Origin: an uncultured Actinomycetes bacterium
GTDB taxonomy: Bacteria; Actinomycetota; UBA4738; HRBIN12
Assembly (NCBI GenBank): GCA_963708985.1
Contig: CAVPUQ010000006.1
Span: 135,451-199,450, forward strand
Reading direction: 5' to 3'
Length of the DNA: 64,000 nucleotides
Made by a program: the position numbers and the translations under genes. This document shows positions 46,777-55,287 of the stretch, one piece after another. The notes below the pieces were generated by a model. It ran no database searches and had not been told where the DNA came from. It was given only the letters and a program-made list of their open reading frames with translations. Positions within the stretch are counted from its first letter, which is position 1. The number at the start of each line of letters is the position of its first letter.

Positions 46777-46962
46777 ATGACGCGACGGAGCGACGTCCTG
46801 TTCGGGGTTCCCGACCGCCGCAAGGGGACGCAGGCGCGAGGCTCGTACGGCCGGGTGTGCGACGAGAGTGGGTGCTCGACCGTACTGTCGACCTACAACT
46901 CCTCTTCGTACTGCTGGACGCACACGATGCCTTCCTACAAGCGCCCGCAGCGCCCCGTCTAG
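46777..46962 (+). CDS. Small Cys/His-containing protein (hypothetical zinc-binding)
   Basis: It reads 'MTRRSDVLFGVPDRRKGTQARGSYGRVCDESGCSTVLSTYNSSSYCWTHT...' and is preceded by a GAGGGAAGG RBS. Confidence 0.5.
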   Translation: MTRRSDVLFGVPDRRKGTQARGSYGRVCDESGCSTVLSTYNSSSYCWTHTMPSYKRPQRPV

Positions 46963-46980
46963 CCCTCCGTCAGGAGATCG

Positions 46981-47136
46981 ATGGAGCCCGCCGCGATCGA
47001 CACGGAGTTCCGCTTCTTCTGCCCAGTCTGCGGCATCGAGCTGGAGCGCTCGAACTACGACACGCCGGAGCGCGACTACTTCTGCCCCTTCTGTAGCACG
47101 CAGTTGATGCCGTCCGCGGTCGCTCCCGTCCCGTAG
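46981..47136 (+). CDS. 51-aa zinc-ribbon protein (below the ORF-track size cutoff)
   Basis: My translation is MEPAAIDTEFRFFCPVCGIELERSNYDTPERDYFCPFCSTQLMPSAVAPVP*. It has two CPxC knuckles and AGGAG 4 nt upstream. Confidence 0.45.
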   Translation: MEPAAIDTEFRFFCPVCGIELERSNYDTPERDYFCPFCSTQLMPSAVAPVP

Positions 47137-47343
47137 GTAACCCGGCGGCATCCGACGGAGCCGCGGGTCGCGCTCCGTCCTTCTCCTCCAAGGCACCCCG
47201 GACATCGAGGTCACGGCTGCGGCTTGCCCTGGGCGGTCCGAACCCGATCGTGCGCGGGCCCAGACACGGGGGTCGAGGGTCCCGCTCGTCATTCCGCCCG
47301 AGCGCGACGATGATGCAGGGGTATCCGACCGAGGGGAGCATCC

Positions 47344-48867
47344 ATGCCGATCGTCCTGGATGGCGCCTCGTTCACGATCGAGCAGGTCGTGCGCGTCGCG
47401 CGTGAGCGCGAGCCGCTCCAGCTCGACCCCGCGGCGCTCGAGCGCATCCGCGCCTGCCGGGCGATGCTCGAGGCCAAGCTCGCGGCCCGCGAGACCATGT
47501 ACGGGACGAACACGGGCATCGGCGAGTTCTCCGAGATCGTCCTGGCCGACGAGCAGGTCCAGCGGTTCCAGCGCTACCTCGTCTACAACCACGCCGCCGG
47601 CATCGGCGAGCCGCTCCCCCAGGAGGTCGTGCGGGCCGCGATGGCGGGTCGGATCAACGTGCACGCCCACGGGAACTCGGGCTGCCGGCCGGAGATCACG
47701 CAGACCTACGTCGAGATGCTGAACCGTGGCGTCACGCCGGTCGTGGCCGAGAAGGGCTCGGTCGGCGCGAGCGGCGACCTCGCGCCGATGGCCCAGATCG
47801 CCGAGCTCCTCATGGGCGAGGGCGAGGCGTTCCTGGACGGCGAGCGCCTACCCGGAGCCGAGGCGATGGCGCGGGCAGGCATCACGGCCCCCGGCCTGGA
47901 GGCTCGCGATGGCCTGGCCGCGATCAACGGCGCGAACGTCCTCACGGCGATGAGCGCGCTCCAGGTCTTCGACGTCGATCGTCTGCTCCGGCAGGCCGAG
48001 ATCGCGTGCGCGATGTCGCTCGAGGCGCTCCTCGCGAACCTGAAGCCCTACGACACCCGGGTCCACGAGCTCCGGGGGTTCGCGGGCGCGATCCGAAGCG
48101 CGAAGGCGATCATGCGCTGCATCGAGGGCAGCGACCTGCAGACCGGCAGGATCAAGACGAAGGTGCAGGACGCCTACTCGATGCGCTCGTCGCCGCAGGT
48201 CATCGGGGCCGCGCACGACGCGCTCGCCTACGCCCGCAGCCAGGTCGAGATCGAGCTGAACGGCGTCGGCGATAACCCGCTCTTCCTGCCCGAGGAGGGC
48301 ATCACGCTCACGGGCGCGAACTTCCAGGGCACGCCGGTGAGCCTGCCGATGGAGCTCGTGGGCCAGGCGGTCACGATGGTGTGTGTGCTGGCCGAGCGCC
48401 GGATGAACCGGCTCACGAACCCCGCGCTCAGCCAGGGCCTCCCGGACTTCCTGACGCCGGATCCGGGGTTCTACTCGGGGATGATGCTCAGCCAGTACAC
48501 GGCGGATTCCCTGATCGTCGAGCAGCGGATCCTCTCGGCGCCGGCGAGCACGATGTCGATCCCCGCCGCGGCCGACCAGGAGGACTTCGTGTCGATGGGC
48601 ATGAACACGGCGCTGAAGAACCGCCAGATCCTCGAGAACGCGTACGCGATCATCGGCATCGAGCTGATGGCCGCGACCCAGGCGCTGGACTTCCGCGACT
48701 TCGCGCCCGGCCGAGGCGTCCGAGCCGCGCACGAGGTCGTCCGACGGCACGTCGCGCACCTGGACGAGGACCGTCCCCTCTACCGGGACCACGACGCGAT
48801 GAGGGCGCTCGTGCACTCGGGCGAGGTCCTCGACGCGGTCGAGGCCGAGGTCGGTCCGCTCGGGTGA
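47344..48867 (+). CDS. hutH: Aromatic amino acid ammonia-lyase family (MIO) enzyme, most like histidine ammonia-lyase
   Basis: The MIO triad lies in 'GSVGASGDLAPMA'. 'MYGTNTGIG', 'YNHAAGIG' (an xH selectivity pair as in HAL), 'QDAYSMRSSPQV' and 'GNFQGTPV' are also present. Confidence 0.8.
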   Translation: MPIVLDGASFTIEQVVRVAREREPLQLDPAALERIRACRAMLEAKLAARETMYGTNTGIGEFSEIVLADEQVQRFQRYLVYNHAAGIGEPLPQEVVRAAMAGRINVHAHGNSGCRPEITQTYVEMLNRGVTPVVAEKGSVGASGDLAPMAQIAELLMGEGEAFLDGERLPGAEAMARAGITAPGLEARDGLAAINGANVLTAMSALQVFDVDRLLRQAEIACAMSLEALLANLKPYDTRVHELRGFAGAIRSAKAIMRCIEGSDLQTGRIKTKVQDAYSMRSSPQVIGAAHDALAYARSQVEIELNGVGDNPLFLPEEGITLTGANFQGTPVSLPMELVGQAVTMVCVLAERRMNRLTNPALSQGLPDFLTPDPGFYSGMMLSQYTADSLIVEQRILSAPASTMSIPAAADQEDFVSMGMNTALKNRQILENAYAIIGIELMAATQALDFRDFAPGRGVRAAHEVVRRHVAHLDEDRPLYRDHDAMRALVHSGEVLDAVEAEVGPLG

Positions 48868-48952
48868 TCGCACGTCGCGTTCTGCCTCCCGCCTTGCATC
48901 GAGAGGCAACGGTCCCTAGGCTGTCCCGCGTACTCGAGAGAAGGGGGATCCG

Positions 48953-49321
48953 ATGCTCCGCAAGAAGCTGCTCGTTGGGCTGCTGACGGCCGGTCTGTTC
49001 CTCGTGAGCACCGGGACCGCTCAGGCCTGGGATCTCATCCATGAGCGGTCCGGCTACGATCGGGTGACGCTCCGCGCCTGGACGCGCAACTACAACCAGG
49101 TCGCGTACGTCGCCGATCACCAGGGGACCCGGATCAACGTGGAGATCACGGTGACCTGCGCCAACGGTGACTACTTCCAGGACACCTGGTCCGACGGAGG
49201 CTCGAGGTTCCGGTTCATCCTGCGCGGCCTCGGCAACAGCCGACGGTGTGACCACGTCTTCAAGGTCGATGCCCGGAAGTCGTGGGTGCAGGTGGATCTC
49301 GCGCTCTACGCCCGCGGGTAG
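48953..49321 (+). CDS. Small secreted hypothetical protein
   Basis: The signal peptide is 'LLVGLLTAGLFLVSTGTAQA'. The product has 122 aa and two Cys. Confidence 0.5.
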   Translation: MLRKKLLVGLLTAGLFLVSTGTAQAWDLIHERSGYDRVTLRAWTRNYNQVAYVADHQGTRINVEITVTCANGDYFQDTWSDGGSRFRFILRGLGNSRRCDHVFKVDARKSWVQVDLALYARG

Positions 49322-49324
49322 CGG

Positions 49325-50164
49325 CTAGGGCGCGATCGCGAGACCTATCCCTGCCAGGACCGCGAAGACGGTCGAGATGGCCGTCTCCAGGTAGCCGATC
49401 CGCTTGATCGGCGGCTTCGTCTCGGGGCGGACGAGCGCGATCGTCGTCTTGGCCGCCCCGGGAACGAAGGCGAGAGGCACGAGCGGGTGCACCACCCCCG
49501 CGAGCGCGAGCGCGCCCGCTGAGGTGAGCCCGACCGCTTGCCACACGAGGGCGATCGCTCCTCCGCGGAGGCGCTCGGCGATCGGCATCTCGTCGAACCG
49601 GCGGCGTCGGACGCGCTCGCGGACGTAGGGCACGGTGCCGCCGAACGCGAGGAAGGCGGCAGGCGCCGCGAGCGGCCACCGGTCGGTGGGGCCCGCGATG
49701 AGCACCCACGCCAGCGGCACGAGGAGCGAGATGCTCGCGATCGCCGTGAGCTGCGACGGCACCGAGCGCCCGCCCGTCCGGGCTCGGCTCAGCACGTAGA
49801 GGCCGCCGAGCACCACGCCGCTCCCGCCGAGCAGGATGAGCTCGCGGACCGGGCCGTGCCACAGGGACAGCGCGCCGATCGCGGCGAACGGCGTGCCGAG
49901 GACCGCCGTCCGCCGCCTGGCTGCGGCCGAGAGTCGTGGCTGCGTGATGACGGAGATCGCCGCCGTGAGCGGCAGGAACAGCACGCCGAAGGCGAGGGCG
50001 AGCGCGAGCCCGGCCCACTCGTCTCCGCCCGCCGCGAAGCCCGCCACGAGGCCGAGGAGCAGCGAGTGCACGGACATGAAGCTCGCGCCGTGCTCCTTCG
50101 GCACGAGCTTGAGCTCGGGTGCGGCCGCGCGCGCCGAGGCTGGACCGGAACCGTTCGCCTGCAT
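49325..50164 (-). CDS. YwiC-like family membrane protein
   Basis: From ATG 50164, 'PKEHGASFMSVHSLLLGLVAG' resembles the YwiC-like N-terminus. About 8 TM helices follow. Confidence 0.55.
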   Translation of the reverse strand: MQANGSGPASARAAAPELKLVPKEHGASFMSVHSLLLGLVAGFAAGGDEWAGLALALAFGVLFLPLTAAISVITQPRLSAAARRRTAVLGTPFAAIGALSLWHGPVRELILLGGSGVVLGGLYVLSRARTGGRSVPSQLTAIASISLLVPLAWVLIAGPTDRWPLAAPAAFLAFGGTVPYVRERVRRRRFDEMPIAERLRGGAIALVWQAVGLTSAGALALAGVVHPLVPLAFVPGAAKTTIALVRPETKPPIKRIGYLETAISTVFAVLAGIGLAIAP

Positions 50165-50205
50165 CCCCACGGACGGCAAGTCTAGGCGCAGGTAGGCTTC
50201 GGCTC

Positions 50206-50697
50206 GTGTCCGAGCCGGCGCCTCGCGAGCTGCCCACGCTGGGTCCTCGCGGCGAGGGCTGGGTCGTGCTGCAGGTAGCCCTGTTCCTGGTCCTCGGGGT
50301 CGCGGCGGTCCTCGGGCCACAGTGGCCGGACCGGCTCGAGCGACCGATGCTCGGCGCGGCGTTCGTCCTCGGGCTGGCAGGGGCCGTCCTGTGCATCGGG
50401 GGGCTGTTCCGGCTCGGCGCCCAGGTGACGCCGTTCCCCAAGCCGGTCGAGGGCGCCGCGCTCCGCGAGGACAGCGTGTACGGGCTCGCGCGGCATCCGA
50501 TCTACGGCGGCGGCGTGCTCCTCGCTCTCGCGTGGAGCCTCGCGACCTCCTACCTGGGGCTCGTGCCGACGGTCCTGCTGGGCCTGTTGTTCGAGGCGAA
50601 GTCGCGGCGCGAGGAAGCCTGGCTCGACGAGCACTTCCCGGGGTACGGGGACTACCGGCGCCGGGTGCGCCGCCGGTTCATCCCGTACCTCTGGTAA
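50206..50697 (+). CDS. Isoprenylcysteine carboxyl methyltransferase (ICMT)/phospholipid methyltransferase family membrane protein
   Basis: 'GLARHPIYGG', '...EAKSRREEAWLDEHFPGYGDYRRRV' and '.RFIP' form the typical C-terminal signature. Confidence 0.7.
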   Translation: MSEPAPRELPTLGPRGEGWVVLQVALFLVLGVAAVLGPQWPDRLERPMLGAAFVLGLAGAVLCIGGLFRLGAQVTPFPKPVEGAALREDSVYGLARHPIYGGGVLLALAWSLATSYLGLVPTVLLGLLFEAKSRREEAWLDEHFPGYGDYRRRVRRRFIPYLW

Positions 50698-50703
50698 CGA
50701 CGG

Positions 50704-51771
50704 CTACCGGTCCCGCTTGCCGATGCCCCGCCCGCGGGCGCCGCTGCCGATGAGCCCGAAGTCGATGAGCACGCCGAGCACGATGACGATGATGCCCATC
50801 GCCTCCAGCCCGCCGTCGCGGGTGGAGAACGAGTTCTGGGCGATCGCGTAGCCGATGGTGGTCGTCGGCAGGAGGAAGAAGCCGATGAGCGGCCACCATC
50901 CGCCCTCGAACGCCCGGTTCAGGTAGTCGCTGAACAGCCACAGCATCGCGAGCACGAACCGCGGCGTGAGCAACCCGAGCACGATCACGAAGCAGCCCAT
51001 CGAGCGGGAGACTACCCGGGCTTCGGCGGCCCGGTCGCGGACCTCGCGCCGCACGAGCACGACGTACCCGACGAGCGCGATCGTCGCGAAGGTGAACCAC
51101 TGCACCGCGTACGACCTGTGAGGGCCCTCGTCGAGCTCGGGGGGTGGGACGACGGTCGGCAGGTCGCCCGTCTGTCCCGGCGTCTGCTCCTGGAGCTGGA
51201 GCGCGAGCGGCCAGAGATCGTAGGGCACCTCGCCGCGGAGCGCCGCGGGGTCGGCGTGCCGGATGGTGAGCACGCGCCCCGACGCGTCACGGGTGATCAC
51301 GAGATCGCCGCCATCCTCGGCCGGAAGGAGGAACCCCATCACCGTCACCTCGCCCTCGGGTGGCGTTGCGGGGGCGACCGACGGCGTGTCGAGCTGGGCG
51401 GGCACCCACCCGCGGTCGACGAGGATGGCGCCGGCGCCGGTCTGCTCGGTCCCGTACACGAGCGGCGTGAGGACGTGGTGTCCGGGGCTACCGTCGAGCG
51501 CCCGACCGTACAGCAGCACCTCGTGCTCGAGGTCGTACGTCCCGGTCACCCGGACCCGTCGGTACGCATCGTCTGCCTGCCCCGTGAGGGCGTCGAGCGA
51601 GCCGGGCTCGGCGGCGAGGCCGTGCTCGACCTGGGCGTTGAACGCCCGCCGCTGTTCCAGCCGGTCGAGCTGCCAGATGCCGAGCCGCACGCAGGTTGCC
51701 GCGACCACGAGCGCGAACACGAGCAGCCCGATCCATCGCGGGGTGAAGACGAACCGCGGGAGCCTTGCCAT
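50704..51771 (-). CDS. SURF1 family protein, read through in frame into a ~98-aa small membrane protein module (50704-51000)
   Basis: SURF1 features are 'RWIGLLVFALVV...LGIWQLDRLEQRRAFN', 'ILVDRGWVP' and 'GPHRSYAVQWFTFA'. After 'RDRAAEARVVSRS' an internal 'MGCFVIVLGLL...' three-helix module follows without a stop. Confidence 0.7.
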   Translation of the reverse strand: MARLPRFVFTPRWIGLLVFALVVAATCVRLGIWQLDRLEQRRAFNAQVEHGLAAEPGSLDALTGQADDAYRRVRVTGTYDLEHEVLLYGRALDGSPGHHVLTPLVYGTEQTGAGAILVDRGWVPAQLDTPSVAPATPPEGEVTVMGFLLPAEDGGDLVITRDASGRVLTIRHADPAALRGEVPYDLWPLALQLQEQTPGQTGDLPTVVPPPELDEGPHRSYAVQWFTFATIALVGYVVLVRREVRDRAAEARVVSRSMGCFVIVLGLLTPRFVLAMLWLFSDYLNRAFEGGWWPLIGFFLLPTTTIGYAIAQNSFSTRDGGLEAMGIIVIVLGVLIDFGLIGSGARGRGIGKRDR

Positions 51772-51796
51772 GCCGACCCGAGGATAGGCGAGCGAC

Positions 51797-52555
51797 TCAG
51801 TATCCGGCGGTGCTGCCGAAGTCGATCGGGACGCAGGCGCCGGTGATCGGCGCCGCCTCGTACGAGGCCAGGTAGGTGATGAGGGCCGCTACCTCCTCGG
51901 GCTTGATGAATCGGGCCCGCTCGCCCTGCGGGTAGTTCGCGAGCAGTGCGCGGTAGTAGCCCTCGGGATCGCCGCCGCCATAGTCGCGCGCCTGGCCCTC
52001 GAGCATCGGCGTCTCGACGTCGTTCGGGCACACCGCATTCACTCGCACGAGCTTCGGCGCGAGCTCGCGCGCGAGGGACCGTGTGAGCAACGACACGCCG
52101 CCCTTCGAGGCGCAGTAGATCGCGGCCTCCGGCGTCCCGACGAGTCCGGCGTCCGAGGACAGGTTCACGATGCAGCCTCCGGTCCGCTCGAGGTGGGGGA
52201 TCGCGTAGCGGCACATGAAGAACGTGCCCTTCAGGTTCACGGCCATCGTGCGGTCGAACTCGTCCTCGGTCATCTGCGCGGTCGGACCCTCCACCCAGAT
52301 CCCGGCGCAGTTCACGAGAACGTCGAGCCGGCCATGGCGCCGGACCGTCTCGGCTACCGCCCGCTCACAGTCGGCGACGATCGTGAGATCGGCGACGATC
52401 GGGTCCTCGATGCCGAGGTCGGCCGCGACCTCGTCGAGCCCACCCGCATCCAGGTCGGTGAGGGCCACGCGATCGCCCTGGTCGCGGAACCGAGCGGCGG
52501 CGGCTCGGCCGATGCCGCCGGCCGCCCCGGTCACGAGCACGACCCGTTCGCCCAT
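51797..52555 (-). CDS. SDR family oxidoreductase
   Basis: 'VLVTGAAGGIGRA', 'NCAG' and 'YCASKGGV' (the YxxxK motif) are present. Confidence 0.87.
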   Translation of the reverse strand: MGERVVLVTGAAGGIGRAAAARFRDQGDRVALTDLDAGGLDEVAADLGIEDPIVADLTIVADCERAVAETVRRHGRLDVLVNCAGIWVEGPTAQMTEDEFDRTMAVNLKGTFFMCRYAIPHLERTGGCIVNLSSDAGLVGTPEAAIYCASKGGVSLLTRSLARELAPKLVRVNAVCPNDVETPMLEGQARDYGGGDPEGYYRALLANYPQGERARFIKPEEVAALITYLASYEAAPITGACVPIDFGSTAGY

Positions 52556-52647
52556 CGAGCGCATCCTACCCGGCGTGGATACGCGGCCCGAGGGTCCGTC
52601 GACGGGGGTCCGCCCCACCGGCCGCCGTTCGGCTACCCTTCGCTGCG

Positions 52648-53358
52648 ATGAGGGGAGCAGACCGACTACTCGAGCTCCAGGACCTCGACTCCACGATCGA
52701 CCGGCTCGAGCTCCGGCGCGGGCAGCTCGAGGCGGGCGAGGATCTCGCCGTCGCCCGTGCCGCCATGGAAGAGGCGGAGTCGCGCCTGGGGGAGCTCCGG
52801 CTCGCGCTCGACGCGCTCGCGGTCGAACAGCGACGGTTCGAGAACGAGATCGACACCATGGGGCAGAAGGCAGCCGCCGATGAGAAGCGGCTCTACGACG
52901 GCAGCATCGCGAACACGAAGGAGCTCGACGCCCTCCAGCACGAGATCGCGAACATCAAGGAGCGCACGACGCGGGCCGAGGACGAGCTCCTCGAGCGCAT
53001 GGAGCGTCGCGAGGAGCTCGAGGCGCGCGCCGCCGTCGAGGATCAGGCGGTCGCGGAGGCCCGGGCGAAGGTCGAGGAGGTCGGCGGTGATGCCCTCCGC
53101 GAGCTCGACCAGGTGATGGCCGAGATCGCCGAGAAGCGCGCCGCCCGCGAGGCGCTCGTGCCCGAGCTCGATGAGGAGCTGCTCGAGCTCTACGACGATC
53201 AGCGACGGCAGAAGAAGGGCGTGGGCGCCGCCGCGCTCGTCGACGGCGTCTGCCAGGCGTGTCACGAGAAGCTCTCGGCCCTCGAGCTCGACCGCCTCAA
53301 GCGCACCGAAGGCATCAAGCGGTGCGAGTACTGCCGCCGGATCGTGGTCTTCGCGTGA
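52648..53358 (+). CDS. Coiled-coil protein with a C-terminal C4 zinc ribbon (DUF164 / Rv2229c-like)
   Basis: A long heptad-rich region ends in 'CQACHEKLS...KRCEYCRRIVV'. It sits in the conserved position upstream of RNase H and rnpB. Confidence 0.75.
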   Translation: MRGADRLLELQDLDSTIDRLELRRGQLEAGEDLAVARAAMEEAESRLGELRLALDALAVEQRRFENEIDTMGQKAAADEKRLYDGSIANTKELDALQHEIANIKERTTRAEDELLERMERREELEARAAVEDQAVAEARAKVEEVGGDALRELDQVMAEIAEKRAAREALVPELDEELLELYDDQRRQKKGVGAAALVDGVCQACHEKLSALELDRLKRTEGIKRCEYCRRIVVFA

Positions 53359-53822
53359 TCGTCGCCACCGACGGGGCATCGCGAGGGAACCCCGGCCCGG
53401 CCGGCATCGGCGTGCAGATCACCGACGACGACGGGACCGTCGTGGCCGAGATCGCCCTCGGGCTCGGCGTCGCCACGAACAACCAGGCCGAGTACACGGC
53501 GGTCCTCGAGGGCCTGAAGCGGGCGGTCGAGCTGGGTGCCACCGAGGTCACGGTGCGCTCGGACAGCCGTTTGCTCGTCGAGCAGCTCTCCGGCCGGTTC
53601 CGCGTGAAGAACCCGACGCTGCAGCGCCTCCACAAGGAGGTGCGCGACGTGGCCGGACGTCTCGACCGTGTCCGATACGAGCACGTTCCTCGGGAGCGGA
53701 ACATCGAGGCCGACCGCCTGGCGAACGAAGGCGTGGACGCATGGCTCGCCGCTGGCGGCTCCGGCCCGTCATCCGATCCCCGCCCGGTGTCGCTGTGGGA
53801 GCCGGACGAGGGATCGCGGTAG
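53355..53822 (+). CDS. rnhA: Ribonuclease HI
   Basis: The GTG start overlaps the upstream stop (GTGA). 'ATDGASRGNPGPAGIG', 'TNNQAEYTAVLEGL', 'SDSRLLVEQL' and 'ERNIEADRLAN' are present. Confidence 0.85.
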   Translation: MIVATDGASRGNPGPAGIGVQITDDDGTVVAEIALGLGVATNNQAEYTAVLEGLKRAVELGATEVTVRSDSRLLVEQLSGRFRVKNPTLQRLHKEVRDVAGRLDRVRYEHVPRERNIEADRLANEGVDAWLAAGGSGPSSDPRPVSLWEPDEGSR

Positions 53823-53905
53823 TCCTCGAGCGGGAAGTCGATCGGACCGTGCGGCGGACCTGTCGGAGGGTGAGGACGAGCACCCGCCGCGCCTATACTC
53901 GGTCC

Positions 53906-54298
53906 CGGAGGAGCCGGCCGGGCGGCCGCGGTCGGCCTTCGGGCCGGTCGAGGAAAGTCCGGGCTCCACAGGGCAGGGTGCTGGGTAACCCCCAGGCGGG
54001 GGCGACCTCGCGGAAGGCGCCACAGAGAGTAGACCGCCGCGCCTCGAGCGGCGGTAAGGGTGAAACGGTGAGGTAAGAGCTCACCAGCGGATCGGGCGAC
54101 CGGTCCGGCTCGGCAAGCCCCACCCGGAGCAAGGCCAAGCAGGGAGCGTTCGAGGACGGCCCGTCCGAGCTCCCGGGTAGGCCGCACGAGCTGCATCCCC
54201 TCGGGGACGCGCCGGGGCGCCGGAGGCGCTCAGAGAGATGGCCGCCGACCGGCCCGCGAGGGCCGGCACAGAACCCGGCTTACAGGCCGACTCCTCCG
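53906..54298 (+). ncRNA. rnpB: RNase P RNA, bacterial type A
   Basis: Universally conserved blocks are present: 'gaggaaagtccgggctccacagggca', 'ggtaagggtgaaacggtg' and 'acagaacccggcttacaggcc'. P1 pairs cggaggagccggcc with ggccgactcctccg. Confidence 0.92.
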
Positions 54299-54313
54299 AT
54301 CCTCGACCGCGTG

Positions 54314-55277
54314 CTACCGCGCGATCGCCGCGCCCGCGCCGAGCGCTCGGCGGAGCTGCCTCCCGGCGTGGTAGCTCGAACGCACGAGGGGACCGGCCTC
54401 GACGTGTGCGATGCCGAGCGTCTCGCCGGCGCGCGCGTGCTCCGCGAACTCCTCGGGTGTGACCCACCGGTCCACGGGCAGGTGGAGCTTCGTCGGCTGC
54501 AGGTACTGGCCCATCGTGACGATGTCGCACCCGGCCTGGGCGAGGTCGCGGAGCGCCTCGGTGACCTCCCCAGGCGTCTCACCCATCCCGACGATGACGT
54601 TGGACTTCGTCATCTGACCTGGGCGGATGGCGCTTGGCGAACCGCAGCGACCTCGAGCGAGCGCTCGTACCCGAACGCCGGCCGGATCCTGGCGTGCAGG
54701 CGTCGCACCGTCTCGAGGTTGTGGGCGAAGACGTCGGGCTCGGCGTCGAGCACCGTCGCGATGTCGCGCTCGCCGCCGCCGAAGTCGCTCGGCAGGACCT
54801 CGACGCCGCACAGCGGGGACGCGCCTCGCGGATCGCACGGATCGCCGCGGCCCAGATCCGCGCCCCGCCGTCCTTCAGGTCGTCTCGCGCGACGCCGGTG
54901 AGCACGACGTACCGCAGCCCCATCGCGCCGCACGGCGTCGAGCGATCCGGGCGGGCTCATCCTCGTCGACCGGGTCGGGCTTCGCGGTCATGCACGTCGC
55001 AGAACCCACATCGACGCGTGCATCGGTCGCCGAGGATGAGGAAGGTGGCCTCGCGCTCCTCCCAGCACTCGTCGATGTTCGGGCACATCGCCTCCTCGCA
55101 CACGGTGTGGAGGCCGTGCTCACGGACGATGCCCTGGACGTCGTGGTAGTTCGGGCCCGCCTGCAGGCGGACCTTCAGCCATGGGGGTTTGCGGCCATCC
55201 GAGGCCGGCACGCCGTTCGTGCTCACGATCGGAAGGTGGAGGCGCCGCCCGTGGGGGTTGTGGTCGCGGACCTGCAT
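54314..55277 (-). pseudogene. lipA: Lipoyl synthase, with at least 4 apparent frameshifts
   Basis: 'KPPWLKVRL', '[17 protein letters not shown]', '[19 protein letters not shown]', '[12 protein letters not shown]', 'VFAHNLETV', '[12 protein letters not shown]' and 'GQYLQPT' are recovered from different minus-strand frames. Confidence 0.85.
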
Positions 55278-55287
55278 CCCAGCCAGT

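Noticed and set aside
52648-54298. Zinc-ribbon coiled-coil protein / RNase HI / rnpB block, considered as a novel linkage
   Set aside because: This arrangement is an established conserved synteny in Actinobacteria, comparable to the mycobacterial Rv2229c-Rv2228c-rnpB region. It is ordinary.
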